The translations under genes and the position numbers were made by a program. Source: an uncultured Chloroflexia bacterium (lineage in GTDB: Bacteria > Chloroflexota > Limnocylindria > Limnocylindrales > CSP1-4). Taken from it: a stretch of DNA of 64,000 bases. This document shows positions 41,005-50,420 of the stretch, one piece after another. The stretch lies in assembly GCA_963707215.1 (NCBI GenBank), contig CAVPPB010000003.1, positions 480,001 through 544,000 of the forward strand, in the 5' to 3' direction. The first letter of the stretch is position 1, and each line of letters starts with the position of its first letter. The notes beneath the pieces were generated by a model. That model made no database searches. It was given only the letters and a program-made list of their open reading frames with translations, and was not told where the DNA came from.

Positions 41005-43191
41005 ATGTCCCGGATCATCGCCAGCGCCGCCATCCGAGGCGCCCACGAGTACGTCTCGGAGGCCGAGACCAAGCTGAACGCCATGGCGGAGTCCTCCGGC
41101 GGGGCGACCCGCCTGGAGTTCCCCAACACGGCCTTCTACCTGCCGCTGACCCTCGCCCTCACCGGGTTCGAGGTCAAGACCGTCGACGAGGCCCGCGTGC
41201 CGCTGCAGATCGCCCGCGACCTGCTGGGCCCGGTCCCCACCGACGAGACCTGGCTGCCGTACCTCGGTGACGCCCTCGACGCGGGGGTCGCGACCCTCAT
41301 CGCGGAGGAGATCATCGAGGCCCTCCGCTACGCCGAGGGGACCCAGTCCAACGGCATCTTCCTGGGCTTCACGGACGACGCCATCCTGCGGACCCAGGGC
41401 ATCAAGCTCGTCGACGGGCGGATGCCCGGCTTCGCCGCCTGCGTCGGCGCGCTGCCGACGAACGAGGAGGCGGTCCGCCTTGCCCGCGAGCTCCAGGAGC
41501 GCAACATCCTGGTCTTCATCTCCAGCTCCACCGACGGCCGGAGCATGGCCGAGCAGCTGGCCGAGGAAGGCATCGACATGAGCTGGGACACCTACCTGGT
41601 GCCCTACGGCAAGGAGACCAGCTCCACGGTCCACGCCCTGAACTTCGCCGCCCGCGCGGCGATGACCTTCGGCGGCCTGGTGCCGGGCGATCTCGACAAG
41701 GCCCGCCGGATCCTGCTCTACAACAAGGAGCGGGTCTTCGCCTTCGTCCTGGCCCTCGGCGAGGTCGACGACCGCAAGTACGCGACGGCGGCCGGGGCCA
41801 TCAACTTCGGCTTCCCGGTCGTCGCCGACACCGACATCCCGCAGATCCTGCCCAGCGGCATCTGCACCTACGAGCACGTCGTCAGCAACGTCCCCGGCGA
41901 GCGCATGGTCAACAAGGCCATCGAGGTCCGGGGGCTCAAGCTCAAGATCACCAAGATCCCGATCCCGGTCTCCTACAGCGCCGCCTTCGAGGGCGAGCGA
42001 GTCCGCAAGGAGCAGCTCCACGTCGAGTTCGGTCGCACCCTGACGCCGGCCTTCGAGTACCTCCGCTCGCGCGAGCTGGAGGAGATCGAGGACGGCCACA
42101 TCGAGGTGATCGGGCCGGACCTCGATACGGTCGAGGTCGGCGGGTCGATGCCGCTCGGCCTCCTCATCGAGGTCGCCGGACGCAAGCTCCAGAAGGACTT
42201 CGAGCCGATCCTCGAGCGCCAGGTCCACCGCTTCGTCAACGGCGCGATGGGCGTCATGCACATCGGCCAGCGCGACCTGCCCTGGATCCGGATGTCGAAG
42301 GAGACCTACGACGCCGGCTTCCGGCTCCGCGACTTCGGGGTCATCCTGCATGCCAAGTACCTGGAGGAGTTCCCGGCCATCGTCGACAAGGTCTCGGTGA
42401 AGATCTACTCCGACGCGGCCGAGATCGAGAAGATCCTCGAGGAGGCCCGGGGGGTCTGGGAGGAGCGCGACGCCCGGGTCGCCGGGATGACCGACGAGAC
42501 GGTCGACATCTTCTACTCCTGCACCCTCTGCCAGTCGTACGCCCCCAACCACGTCTGCGTGATCTCGCCGGAGCGGCTGGGGCTCTGCGGCGCCTACAAC
42601 TGGCTCGACGGCAAGGTCAGCCACGAGATCAACCCGAGCGGCCCGAACCAGCCGATCGAGAAGGGCGCCTGCCTGGACCAGAGCCTGGGCCTCTTCAAGG
42701 GCATCAACGACTTCGTCGCCGCCAAGTCGAACAAGACCGTCGACCAGGTCAGCCTGTACTCGATGATGACCGCGCCGATGACCTCGTGCGGCTGCTTCGA
42801 GTGCATCATGGGCGTCGCCCCCGAGGCGAACGGCGTCGTGGTCGTCAACCGCGAGTACCCCGACATGACCCCGCTGGGCATGTCCTTCAGCACCCTCGCC
42901 GGCCTCGTCGGCGGCGGCATCCAGACCCCGGGCTTCCTCGGCGTCGGACGGCTCTACCTGACGAGCCGCAAGTTCATCCCGGCCGACGGCGGCCTGCCGC
43001 GCCTGGTCTGGATGCCGAAGGAGCTCAAGGACGCCCTCCGCGAGAAGCTCACGGCCCGTGGCTCTGAGATCGGCGACCCGGACTTCGTCGACAAGATCGC
43101 GACCGAGGAGGACGCGACCACGACCGAGGAGCTGCTGGCCTTCCTGGAGCGCGTCGGTCACCCGGCCCCGACCATGCCGTCCATCCTCTGA
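41005..43191 (+). CDS. acsB: acetyl-CoA synthase (bacterial type with N-terminal domain)
   Basis: EFPNTAFYLP, A-cluster YSCTLCQSYAPNHVCVISPERLGLCG and PMTSCGCFE. Confidence 0.96.
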   Translation: MSRIIASAAIRGAHEYVSEAETKLNAMAESSGGATRLEFPNTAFYLPLTLALTGFEVKTVDEARVPLQIARDLLGPVPTDETWLPYLGDALDAGVATLIAEEIIEALRYAEGTQSNGIFLGFTDDAILRTQGIKLVDGRMPGFAACVGALPTNEEAVRLARELQERNILVFISSSTDGRSMAEQLAEEGIDMSWDTYLVPYGKETSSTVHALNFAARAAMTFGGLVPGDLDKARRILLYNKERVFAFVLALGEVDDRKYATAAGAINFGFPVVADTDIPQILPSGICTYEHVVSNVPGERMVNKAIEVRGLKLKITKIPIPVSYSAAFEGERVRKEQLHVEFGRTLTPAFEYLRSRELEEIEDGHIEVIGPDLDTVEVGGSMPLGLLIEVAGRKLQKDFEPILERQVHRFVNGAMGVMHIGQRDLPWIRMSKETYDAGFRLRDFGVILHAKYLEEFPAIVDKVSVKIYSDAAEIEKILEEARGVWEERDARVAGMTDETVDIFYSCTLCQSYAPNHVCVISPERLGLCGAYNWLDGKVSHEINPSGPNQPIEKGACLDQSLGLFKGINDFVAAKSNKTVDQVSLYSMMTAPMTSCGCFECIMGVAPEANGVVVVNREYPDMTPLGMSFSTLAGLVGGGIQTPGFLGVGRLYLTSRKFIPADGGLPRLVWMPKELKDALREKLTARGSEIGDPDFVDKIATEEDATTTEELLAFLERVGHPAPTMPSIL

Positions 43192-43222
43192 TCCGAGCCA
43201 TCCCTTCGAGAGGTCGATCGCC

Positions 43223-44581
43223 ATGCCGCTGACCGCCCTGGACATCTACAAGGTCCTTCCGCAGACCAACTGCGGTGAGTGCGGGGTGCCGACCTGCCTG
43301 GCCTTCGCCATGCAGCTGGCCACCAAGAAGGCGGCCATCGACGACTGCCCGTACGCCACCGACGAGGCCAAGGCCGCGCTGGCCGGTGCCGCCGCGCCCC
43401 CCATCCGCCTGGTCTCCGTGGGGCCCGCCGACCAGTGCGTGGTCATGGGCAAGGAGACGGTCCTCTTCCGCCACGAGGAGACCTTCTATCACCCGACGGC
43501 GATCGCCGTCCGCATCCGCACCGACAAGCCGGAGGCCGAGCTCCGGGCGGCCTTCGAGCGGGTGAAGGAGCTGGTCTTCGACCGGGTCGGCCAGTTCGTC
43601 AAGGTCGAGCTCGTCGCCCTGGAGGACCCGGACGACGACGCGGCCCGTTTCGCGGCGGCCGCGAAGCTGGCGAACGAGATGGAACTCGGCCTCGTCCTGG
43701 TGAGCCCGACCCCGGCCGTCATCGAGGCGGCCCTCCCGGCGCTGGCCGGCCGGCGACCGCTCATCGATGGCGCGACGGCCGGGAACTGGGAGGCGATGGC
43801 CGCCCTGGCCAAGGCCAACGACTGCCCGCTCGTGGTCCGGGGCACGGACCTCCAGGATCTCGCAGGACTGACCACCAGGATCGCCGGGCTGGGGCTCACC
43901 GACCTGATCGTCGACAGCGGCGCCCGAGGTCTGGCGGCCACCATCCGTGACCTGACCCAGATCCGGAGGCTGGCCCTGCGGCGCCAGGCCCGCCCGCTCG
44001 GCTACCCGGCCATGGCCGTCGTCACTGCGAGCGACCCGATCGACCAGGTCACCGAGGCGTCGGCCTTCATCGCCAAGTACGCCGCGATCGTCGTCGTCGA
44101 CGAGCTGGAGCCGTGGCAGGCCCTGGCCATGGTCACGGCCCGCCAGAACATCTACACCGACCCGCAGAAGCCGATCCAGGTCGACGCCGGTCTGACGACC
44201 ATCGGCAGCCCCGACGCCTCGTCGCCGGTGCTGGTCACGACGAACTTCTCGCTCACCTACTTCACCGTCGAGGCGGACACCGAGTCCAGCCACGTCCCCT
44301 CATGGGTCGTGGTCGTCGACACTGAGGGCCAATCGGTCATGACCGCCTGGGCCGCCGACAAGTTCAGCGCCGAGACGATCGCCAAGGCCCTGGAGGACTC
44401 CGGGGTGGTCGACAAGGTCGACCACCGGCGCTGCGTCATCCCAGGCGGTGTCGCCTCGCTCAGCGGCAAGCTGGAGGAGCTGAGTGGCTGGGAGGTCCTG
44501 GTGGGACCGCGCGAGTCGGCCGGTATCCCGGTCTTCATGCGGACCCGCTGGCGCCAGCCCGAGCCCGCTGCCGCGAGCTGA
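43223..44581 (+). CDS. acsC: corrinoid iron-sulfur protein large subunit
   Basis: LPQTNCGECGVPTCLAFA...CP, RQNIYTDPQKP, VTTNFSLTYF and VGPRES. Confidence 0.95.
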   Translation: MPLTALDIYKVLPQTNCGECGVPTCLAFAMQLATKKAAIDDCPYATDEAKAALAGAAAPPIRLVSVGPADQCVVMGKETVLFRHEETFYHPTAIAVRIRTDKPEAELRAAFERVKELVFDRVGQFVKVELVALEDPDDDAARFAAAAKLANEMELGLVLVSPTPAVIEAALPALAGRRPLIDGATAGNWEAMAALAKANDCPLVVRGTDLQDLAGLTTRIAGLGLTDLIVDSGARGLAATIRDLTQIRRLALRRQARPLGYPAMAVVTASDPIDQVTEASAFIAKYAAIVVVDELEPWQALAMVTARQNIYTDPQKPIQVDAGLTTIGSPDASSPVLVTTNFSLTYFTVEADTESSHVPSWVVVVDTEGQSVMTAWAADKFSAETIAKALEDSGVVDKVDHRRCVIPGGVASLSGKLEELSGWEVLVGPRESAGIPVFMRTRWRQPEPAAAS

Positions 44582-44591
44582 GGGACCTGTC

Positions 44592-46508
44592 GTGCCGCCG
44601 GCCCGAGTGACGTTCCAGCCCGACGCCGCCAGCGCGGTCGTCGAGGAAGGCGCGACCCTTCTTGACGCTGCGTTCGCCGCCGGGTTGCTCCTCGATGGGT
44701 CGTGCGGGGGCCGGGGCATCTGCGGACGCTGCTCGGTCACGGTCGTCGACGGCCCCACGACCGAGCTGGAGGGCGCCGGCGCGGCGATCGACGGGCGGGT
44801 CCTGGCCTGCCGGACGGCCATCGCCGGAGACGTCACCGTCGATGTGCCCGCGTCCTCGCGGATCGAGGGGCTCGAGATCCTCACCGGCTCCGATCGCGCG
44901 ACCGGCATCCTGGCCTCGCCGGAGGAGCTGCCGGTCGGTCCGTTGCCCGACGCCGACCGCTACCCGTTCGACCCGCTGGCCATGGCGGTGCCGCTGGCCC
45001 TCCCCCGCCCCACGATCGACGACGCCACGAGCGACCTCGGGTTGCTCCGCCGCGAGCTGCGTCGGGGACACGCCATCCACGACCTGGCCGTGCCGCTGCC
45101 GATCCTCCGCCAGCTGCCGGAGCGGATCCGCCTGTCCGACCGCCTCGTGACCGCGCTCGTCGGGCGCCGCAACGGCGACCACGAGCTCCTCGATGTCGTT
45201 GCCGGGCGCCAGTCCCGACCGGCCTTCGGGCTGGCCATCGACCTCGGGACGACCACGGTGGTGGTCCACCTGGTCGACCTGCGCAGCGGGATGACCGCGG
45301 GCGTGGCCGCCGCGCTCAACGGCCAGGTCGCCTTCGGCGACGACGTCATCTCGCGGATCATCCACGCCGGCGAGCCGGGCGGCCTCGAGGAGCTCCGGTC
45401 GACGGTCGTCAACGAGATCAACGTCCTCGTCGGCAGCCTGGCCCTCTCCCACCACGTCGACCGCCACGAGATCCTGGCGGCGGTGGTGGCCGGGAACACG
45501 ACCATGGTCCACCTGTTCCTGGGCCTGCCGCCAGCCGAGATCCGCCGCGCCCCGTACGTCCCGGTCGCCACCGCGCTGCCCGTCTACCACGCTGCCGAGA
45601 TCGGCCTGCGCATCCACGGCCGGGCACCGGTGGCCTGCATGCCGGGAGTGGGCAGCTACGTCGGCGGGGACATCACCGCCGATGTCCTGGCGACCGGCAT
45701 GGACCGCAAGCCGGAGCTGGCCATGCTCATCGACGCCGGCACCAACGGCGAGACGGTCATCGGCAACCGCGACTTCCTGGTCTGCTGCGCCTGCTCCGCG
45801 GGCCCGGCCTTCGAGGGCGGCGGGACGTCCTGTGGCATGCGGGCGGCCCGGGGCGCGATCTCGCGGGTGGGCCCGGGCCAGGACGGGGGCCTGGCGATCT
45901 CGACGATCGGTGACGCGCCGGCACGCGGCATCTGCGGATCGGGCCTGGTCGACCTCCTCGCCGAGCTCCTGCGGAACGGCACCCTGGACCGGGCCGGCCA
46001 CCTCCGGACCGATGCGCCGGGAGTCCGCGAGACCGAGGCCGGCCTCGAACTCGTCCTCGCGCCGGAGGAGCGGACCGCCACCGGCGGGCCGATCGCCCTC
46101 ACCAGCGCCGACATCGAGACGCTCCTGCGCTCGAAGGCCGCCGTCTACGCGGGTGCGGCCGTCCTGGCCCGCCGCCTGGGCGTGGCGATGACCGACATCG
46201 AGCGGGTCTACGTGGCGGGCGGGTTCGGCACCTCGCTCGACGTCGAGAAGGCCATCCTCATCGGCCTGCTGCCCGACGTGCCGCCCGACCGGGTGACCTT
46301 CATCGGCAACGGCTCGGTCACCGGGGCCCGGATGGCCCTGCTCTCCCATGCCGCCTGGATGCGGACCGCCGAGCTGGCCGACCGGATGACCTACCGCGAC
46401 CTGAGCGCCGACAACAGCTTCATGGACGAGTACGTCGCCGCGCTCTTCCTGCCCCACACCGACAGCGAGCGCTTCCCCCGCGCGGCGGCGGCGCTCGGGA
46501 TGGCCTGA
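44592..46508 (+). CDS. acsV: corrinoid reductive activator (RACo/AcsV; 2Fe-2S + ASKHA)
   Basis: CGGRGICGRC...LAC ferredoxin, AIDLGTTT, GDDVISRI, IDAGTNGE, SAGPAFEG and GICGSG. Confidence 0.9.
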   Translation: MPPARVTFQPDAASAVVEEGATLLDAAFAAGLLLDGSCGGRGICGRCSVTVVDGPTTELEGAGAAIDGRVLACRTAIAGDVTVDVPASSRIEGLEILTGSDRATGILASPEELPVGPLPDADRYPFDPLAMAVPLALPRPTIDDATSDLGLLRRELRRGHAIHDLAVPLPILRQLPERIRLSDRLVTALVGRRNGDHELLDVVAGRQSRPAFGLAIDLGTTTVVVHLVDLRSGMTAGVAAALNGQVAFGDDVISRIIHAGEPGGLEELRSTVVNEINVLVGSLALSHHVDRHEILAAVVAGNTTMVHLFLGLPPAEIRRAPYVPVATALPVYHAAEIGLRIHGRAPVACMPGVGSYVGGDITADVLATGMDRKPELAMLIDAGTNGETVIGNRDFLVCCACSAGPAFEGGGTSCGMRAARGAISRVGPGQDGGLAISTIGDAPARGICGSGLVDLLAELLRNGTLDRAGHLRTDAPGVRETEAGLELVLAPEERTATGGPIALTSADIETLLRSKAAVYAGAAVLARRLGVAMTDIERVYVAGGFGTSLDVEKAILIGLLPDVPPDRVTFIGNGSVTGARMALLSHAAWMRTAELADRMTYRDLSADNSFMDEYVAALFLPHTDSERFPRAAAALGMA

Positions 46509-46517
46509 GGAGGACCC

Positions 46518-47279
46518 GTGTCGTACGTGATCGCCGTGGCGGGCAAGGGAGGGACCGGCAAGACGACCCTGGCCGGCTTGATGGTCCGGGCCCTGACCCG
46601 CGACGGCCGAGGTCCGGTCCTGGCCGTGGACGCCGACCCCAACGCCTGCCTCGACGTCACCGTGGGCCTGGCGGCGACCAAGACGATCTCGGACGTCCTC
46701 GACGAGTCGCACGGGCTGCGCGACGTCCCGGCCAACATGCCGAAGCCGGTCTGGCTCGAGTACCACCTCGAGGACTGCCTGGCCGAGGGCCGTGGCGTCG
46801 ACCTCATCGTCATGGGCCGCCCCGAGGGCGCGGCCTGCTACTGCTCGGCGAACCAGATGCTCCGCAACTACCTCGACCGGATCATCGGCTCCTACCCCAG
46901 CGTCGTCATCGACAACGAGGCCGGCATGGAGCACCTCAGTCGGCGGACGACGCGCGACGTCGACCTTCTCCTGGTCGTCAGCGACGCGACGATGACCGGC
47001 GCACGGGCAGCCCGCCGGATCGCCGACCTCGTCCGGGAGCTCGGGCTGCCGGTGAAGCGGATCGCCGTCGCCGTCAACGAGGCCGACGCGATGGCCGACC
47101 CGGTGGCCGAGGTCCTCTCGAGCGACGGGCTCGAGTTCGCCGGCTTCGTCCCCCATGACCCGTCCATCGTCGAGATGGAGCTGGCCGGGCGACCCGTGTC
47201 GGAGCTGCCGGACGACGCTCCGGCCGTCCGGGCCGTCGCAGCGATCCTGGACCGGCAGTTCGCGGAGGCGACCCGATGA
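46518..47279 (+). CDS. acsF: CooC2/AcsF nickel-insertion ATPase
   Basis: IAVAGKGGTGKTT, VDADPN, MGRPEG..CYC and DNEAGMEHLSR. Confidence 0.88.
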   Translation: MSYVIAVAGKGGTGKTTLAGLMVRALTRDGRGPVLAVDADPNACLDVTVGLAATKTISDVLDESHGLRDVPANMPKPVWLEYHLEDCLAEGRGVDLIVMGRPEGAACYCSANQMLRNYLDRIIGSYPSVVIDNEAGMEHLSRRTTRDVDLLLVVSDATMTGARAARRIADLVRELGLPVKRIAVAVNEADAMADPVAEVLSSDGLEFAGFVPHDPSIVEMELAGRPVSELPDDAPAVRAVAAILDRQFAEATR

Positions 47280-47902
47280 AGACGTACGCCCAGGCGCTCG
47301 AGCGGCTCCAGACCGAGCTGGCGCGCCACAGCCCCGAGGTCGTCGCCCTGCGGAGCGGCGCCAAGCGCATCGGCGAGGACCGCCTGGAGCTCCGCTGCCT
47401 GGGTCGAGACTACCGGATCGACTTCCCCGATGGCGAGGTGACGACGGCCGACGGCGAGGAGGTCGACGAGCACCTTGCGATCCTGCTGCTCCTGTACCTC
47501 CTGGAGGCCGGCGGGGGCCCGACGCAGGACCACTGGATCGCCTTCGAGCAGATCAGCGGGGGCGCCGGCTACAGCGGCTCGTTCCGCGGCCGCGTCCTGG
47601 GCCCCCTGCTCCGGACCTTCGGATCGGACCCGGGGAAGCTCCGGGCGGCCGCGGTCGAGCTCGATGCGTCGCCGCTCGCCATGGGCGACGCCGCGGTCAG
47701 CATCGCGGCCCTGCCCCGCGTTCCCATCGCGATCGTCCTCTGGGCCGGTGACGACGAGTTCGCCCCCAGCGCGTCGGTCGTCTTCGACGCTTCCATCGAG
47801 GGCTACCTCGATGCCGAGGCCGTGACCGTCCTGGCCGAGCAGGCCACCCGCCGGATGATCGAGGCCGCCCGGCGCGGCCCGAGCGAGGGAGAGACCCGAT
47901 GA
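47276..47902 (+). CDS. DUF3786 family protein
   Basis: ILLLLYL, WIAF.Q..GG..Y and ALPRVPI.IVLWAGDDEF.P...V.FD; typical of acs clusters. Confidence 0.8.
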   Translation: MKTYAQALERLQTELARHSPEVVALRSGAKRIGEDRLELRCLGRDYRIDFPDGEVTTADGEEVDEHLAILLLLYLLEAGGGPTQDHWIAFEQISGGAGYSGSFRGRVLGPLLRTFGSDPGKLRAAAVELDASPLAMGDAAVSIAALPRVPIAIVLWAGDDEFAPSASVVFDASIEGYLDAEAVTVLAEQATRRMIEAARRGPSEGETR

Positions 47903-48870
47903 CCATCGAGCTGATGCGCGAGACCTGGCCCGGCAAGATCCAGACCGTCACCATCGGGGCGACCCCCGACGACGGCGGGACCCGGGGCTCGACCGTCACG
48001 GTCGGCGGGAGCGCCGCTCTGCCCTTCCAGCCCGATGACGCGCCGGCCCCGCATCCGCCGGTGGTCGCCCTCCAGGTGTTCGACGTCGTCCCGCCCGACT
48101 GGCCGGATCACCTCAAGGCGCCGCTCGCCGACGTGCTGGGGTCGCCGGCCGACTGGGCCCGCTTCGCCGTCGAGACCTGCGGCGTGGACCTCGTCTGTCT
48201 CAGGCTTATGTCGGTCCACCCCGAGTGGGGCGGCGCAACACCGGACGGGGCTGTCGCCACCGTTCGCTCGGTCCTCGAAGCGGTCGACGTGCCGCTCATC
48301 ATCCTCGGCTGCGGTGACGCCGCCGCCGACAATGATCTCTGGCCGCGCGTGACCGAGGCGGCTCGAGGCGAGCGTTGCCTCGTGGGCGTCGGCGAGCCGG
48401 ACAACTACAAGACCCTGGTCGTCGCCTGCATGGCCGACGGCCACGCAGTCCTCGCCGAGGCACCCATCGACGTCAACATCCAGAAGCAGCTGACGATCCT
48501 GATGACCGAGATGGGCCTGCCGGCCGAGCGGATCGTCCTCCACCCGGGCAACGCCTCGCTGGGCTACGGCATCGAGTACGAGTACTCGATCATGGAGCGG
48601 ATCCGGCTGGCCGGCCTGCAGGGCGACCGGATGCTTGCCCAGCCGGTCATCACCATCATCGGCGAGGAGGCCTGGAAGGCCAAGGAGGCCCGGCTGCCGG
48701 CTGCCGAGATGCCGATCTGGGGCGACGAGGCCAGGCGCGGGCCGGCCTGGGAGGCGACGACGGCAGCGCTCTTCCTGCAGGCCGGGGCCGACATCGTGGC
48801 CCTGCTCCACCCGGACGCGGTGGCGAGCACGAAGCGGACGATCGCAGAGCTGACCGGGACGCCGGCATAG
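47899..48870 (+). CDS. acsD: corrinoid iron-sulfur protein small subunit
   Basis: GKI..VTIG, VTVGG..ALPF, PIDVNIQKQL, LGYGIEY.YSIMERIRLA.L.GD and EAWKAKEA. Confidence 0.94.
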   Translation: MTIELMRETWPGKIQTVTIGATPDDGGTRGSTVTVGGSAALPFQPDDAPAPHPPVVALQVFDVVPPDWPDHLKAPLADVLGSPADWARFAVETCGVDLVCLRLMSVHPEWGGATPDGAVATVRSVLEAVDVPLIILGCGDAAADNDLWPRVTEAARGERCLVGVGEPDNYKTLVVACMADGHAVLAEAPIDVNIQKQLTILMTEMGLPAERIVLHPGNASLGYGIEYEYSIMERIRLAGLQGDRMLAQPVITIIGEEAWKAKEARLPAAEMPIWGDEARRGPAWEATTAALFLQAGADIVALLHPDAVASTKRTIAELTGTPA

Positions 48871-48889
48871 CAGGCGGGAGTGAGACGAG

Positions 48890-49699
48890 ATGTTCATCAT
48901 CGGTGAGCGCATCAACGGCATGTTCAAGGTAGTCGCCAAGGCGATAGCCGAGCGGGACGAGGCGACGATCGCCGAGCTGGCCCGGCGCCAGGTCGATGCC
49001 GGGGCCCAGGCCCTCGACATCAACACCGGCCCCACCGAGGGCGACCCGGTCGAGGTGATGCGCTGGCTCGTCGAGACGGCCCAGGCCGCCGTGGACGTCC
49101 CGATGTCCATCGATTCCCCGAAGCTGCCCGTCGTCGAGTCGGGGCTGCGGGCGGCCCGGCGGCCCCCGATCATCAACTCGACGACCGGAGCCAAGGACCG
49201 GCTCGACTCCCTCGTGCCGATGGCCGTGGAGCACGGCGCCAGCCTCATCGCCCTGACCATCGACGAGCGGGGCATCCCGCGCAACGCCGAGGCGCGGTCC
49301 GAGATCGCCCTGACGATCCTGGCCCACACCATGGGAGCGGGCCTGCCGCCCGACCGGCTCTTCCTGGACCCCATCGTGCTGCCGGTCAGCGCGGCCCAGG
49401 ACCAGTGTGCGGCGGCGCTGGAGGCGGTCTCGACGTTCCGGGCCCTGAGCGACCCGGCGCCGCGGATCATCGTCGGCCTCAGCAACGTGTCGCAGGGCAC
49501 CGCCCATCGCAGTCTGGTGAACCGGACCTACCTGGTGATGGGCATGGCCCGGGGCGTCGACGCGGCGATCCTCGACCCCAACGACCGCGACCTGATGGAC
49601 GCGGTCCGGACCGCCGGGATCCTGCTGAACCAGGAGATCTACGCCGAGAACTACCTCGAGTCGACCACGTCCGCGCCCAGGGTCCCCGTCGGAGCCTGA
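48890..49699 (+). CDS. acsE: methyltetrahydrofolate:corrinoid methyltransferase
   Basis: MFIIGERINGMF, LDIN.G, SIDS, IINST, FLDP and VGLSNVSQG. Confidence 0.94.
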   Translation: MFIIGERINGMFKVVAKAIAERDEATIAELARRQVDAGAQALDINTGPTEGDPVEVMRWLVETAQAAVDVPMSIDSPKLPVVESGLRAARRPPIINSTTGAKDRLDSLVPMAVEHGASLIALTIDERGIPRNAEARSEIALTILAHTMGAGLPPDRLFLDPIVLPVSAAQDQCAAALEAVSTFRALSDPAPRIIVGLSNVSQGTAHRSLVNRTYLVMGMARGVDAAILDPNDRDLMDAVRTAGILLNQEIYAENYLESTTSAPRVPVGA

Positions 49700-49757
49700 C
49701 GCCGGGGGATCGAGCCGCGCCCCGGGGCCGTAGGGGGGCCGGCTACGATGATCCACG

Positions 49758-50333
49758 ATGCGTGAGCGCGATCGCTACGGCCGCCAGTCGCTGGGCGAGC
49801 GCCTGGGCGAGGCCTGGTCGTGGTTCCGCGGCAACCGGAACGCCCAGATCGTCGTCGGAGCCGTCGTCCTGGGGATGCTGGTGCTGATCGTCCTCACCCC
49901 GGGAACGGTCCGCTTCGACGAGCTCGCCGAGGGCGACTGCCTCTTCGTCCGGACCCGCTCGGCGGTCGATCTCGACACCTCCACGCCCATCGGGGATCCG
50001 TCGACGATCTCGGCCATCCTCCTGGCCGAGGGAGCCGAGCGGACGTCCTGCGACGGGAGCCATGGCCACGAGGTGATCGCCGTCGTCGAGCTTCCGGAGC
50101 CCGTCGGAGCCGCGTACCCGGGCAGCGGCACGCTGAGCGCGGAGCACATCCCGAGCTGCGTGGCGGCATTCGAGCCGTACGTGGGCCGGCCGGCCGAGGG
50201 CTCGATGTACGCGGCCTTCGTGGTGGTCCCCGACGAGGCCCGCTGGACGGCCGGCGCCCGGTCGGTCGCCTGCCTCCTCCAGCGGGTCGACGGCCGGTAT
50301 ATGGATCACGCGGCCCGCGACAGCGGCGAGTAG
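49758..50333 (+). CDS. septum-formation family membrane-anchored protein
   Basis: One TM helix, then L.EGDC, SCDGSHGHEV, C...F..YVG and P....W..GAR.VACL. Confidence 0.7.
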   Translation: MRERDRYGRQSLGERLGEAWSWFRGNRNAQIVVGAVVLGMLVLIVLTPGTVRFDELAEGDCLFVRTRSAVDLDTSTPIGDPSTISAILLAEGAERTSCDGSHGHEVIAVVELPEPVGAAYPGSGTLSAEHIPSCVAAFEPYVGRPAEGSMYAAFVVVPDEARWTAGARSVACLLQRVDGRYMDHAARDSGE

Positions 50334-50420
50334 CCGACGCCCCTCGACCCGCCCGCAACGCCGCGGACGGTCCGGCGTCACCTTGGCAGACCCGGGGAGC
50401 GCCGGGCGGATGGAGGCAGG

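Noticed and set aside
36128-49750. Genomic island integrated at tRNA-Gln carrying the acs cluster
   Set aside because: No integrase, no duplicated tRNA 3' end seen, and no obvious compositional shift.
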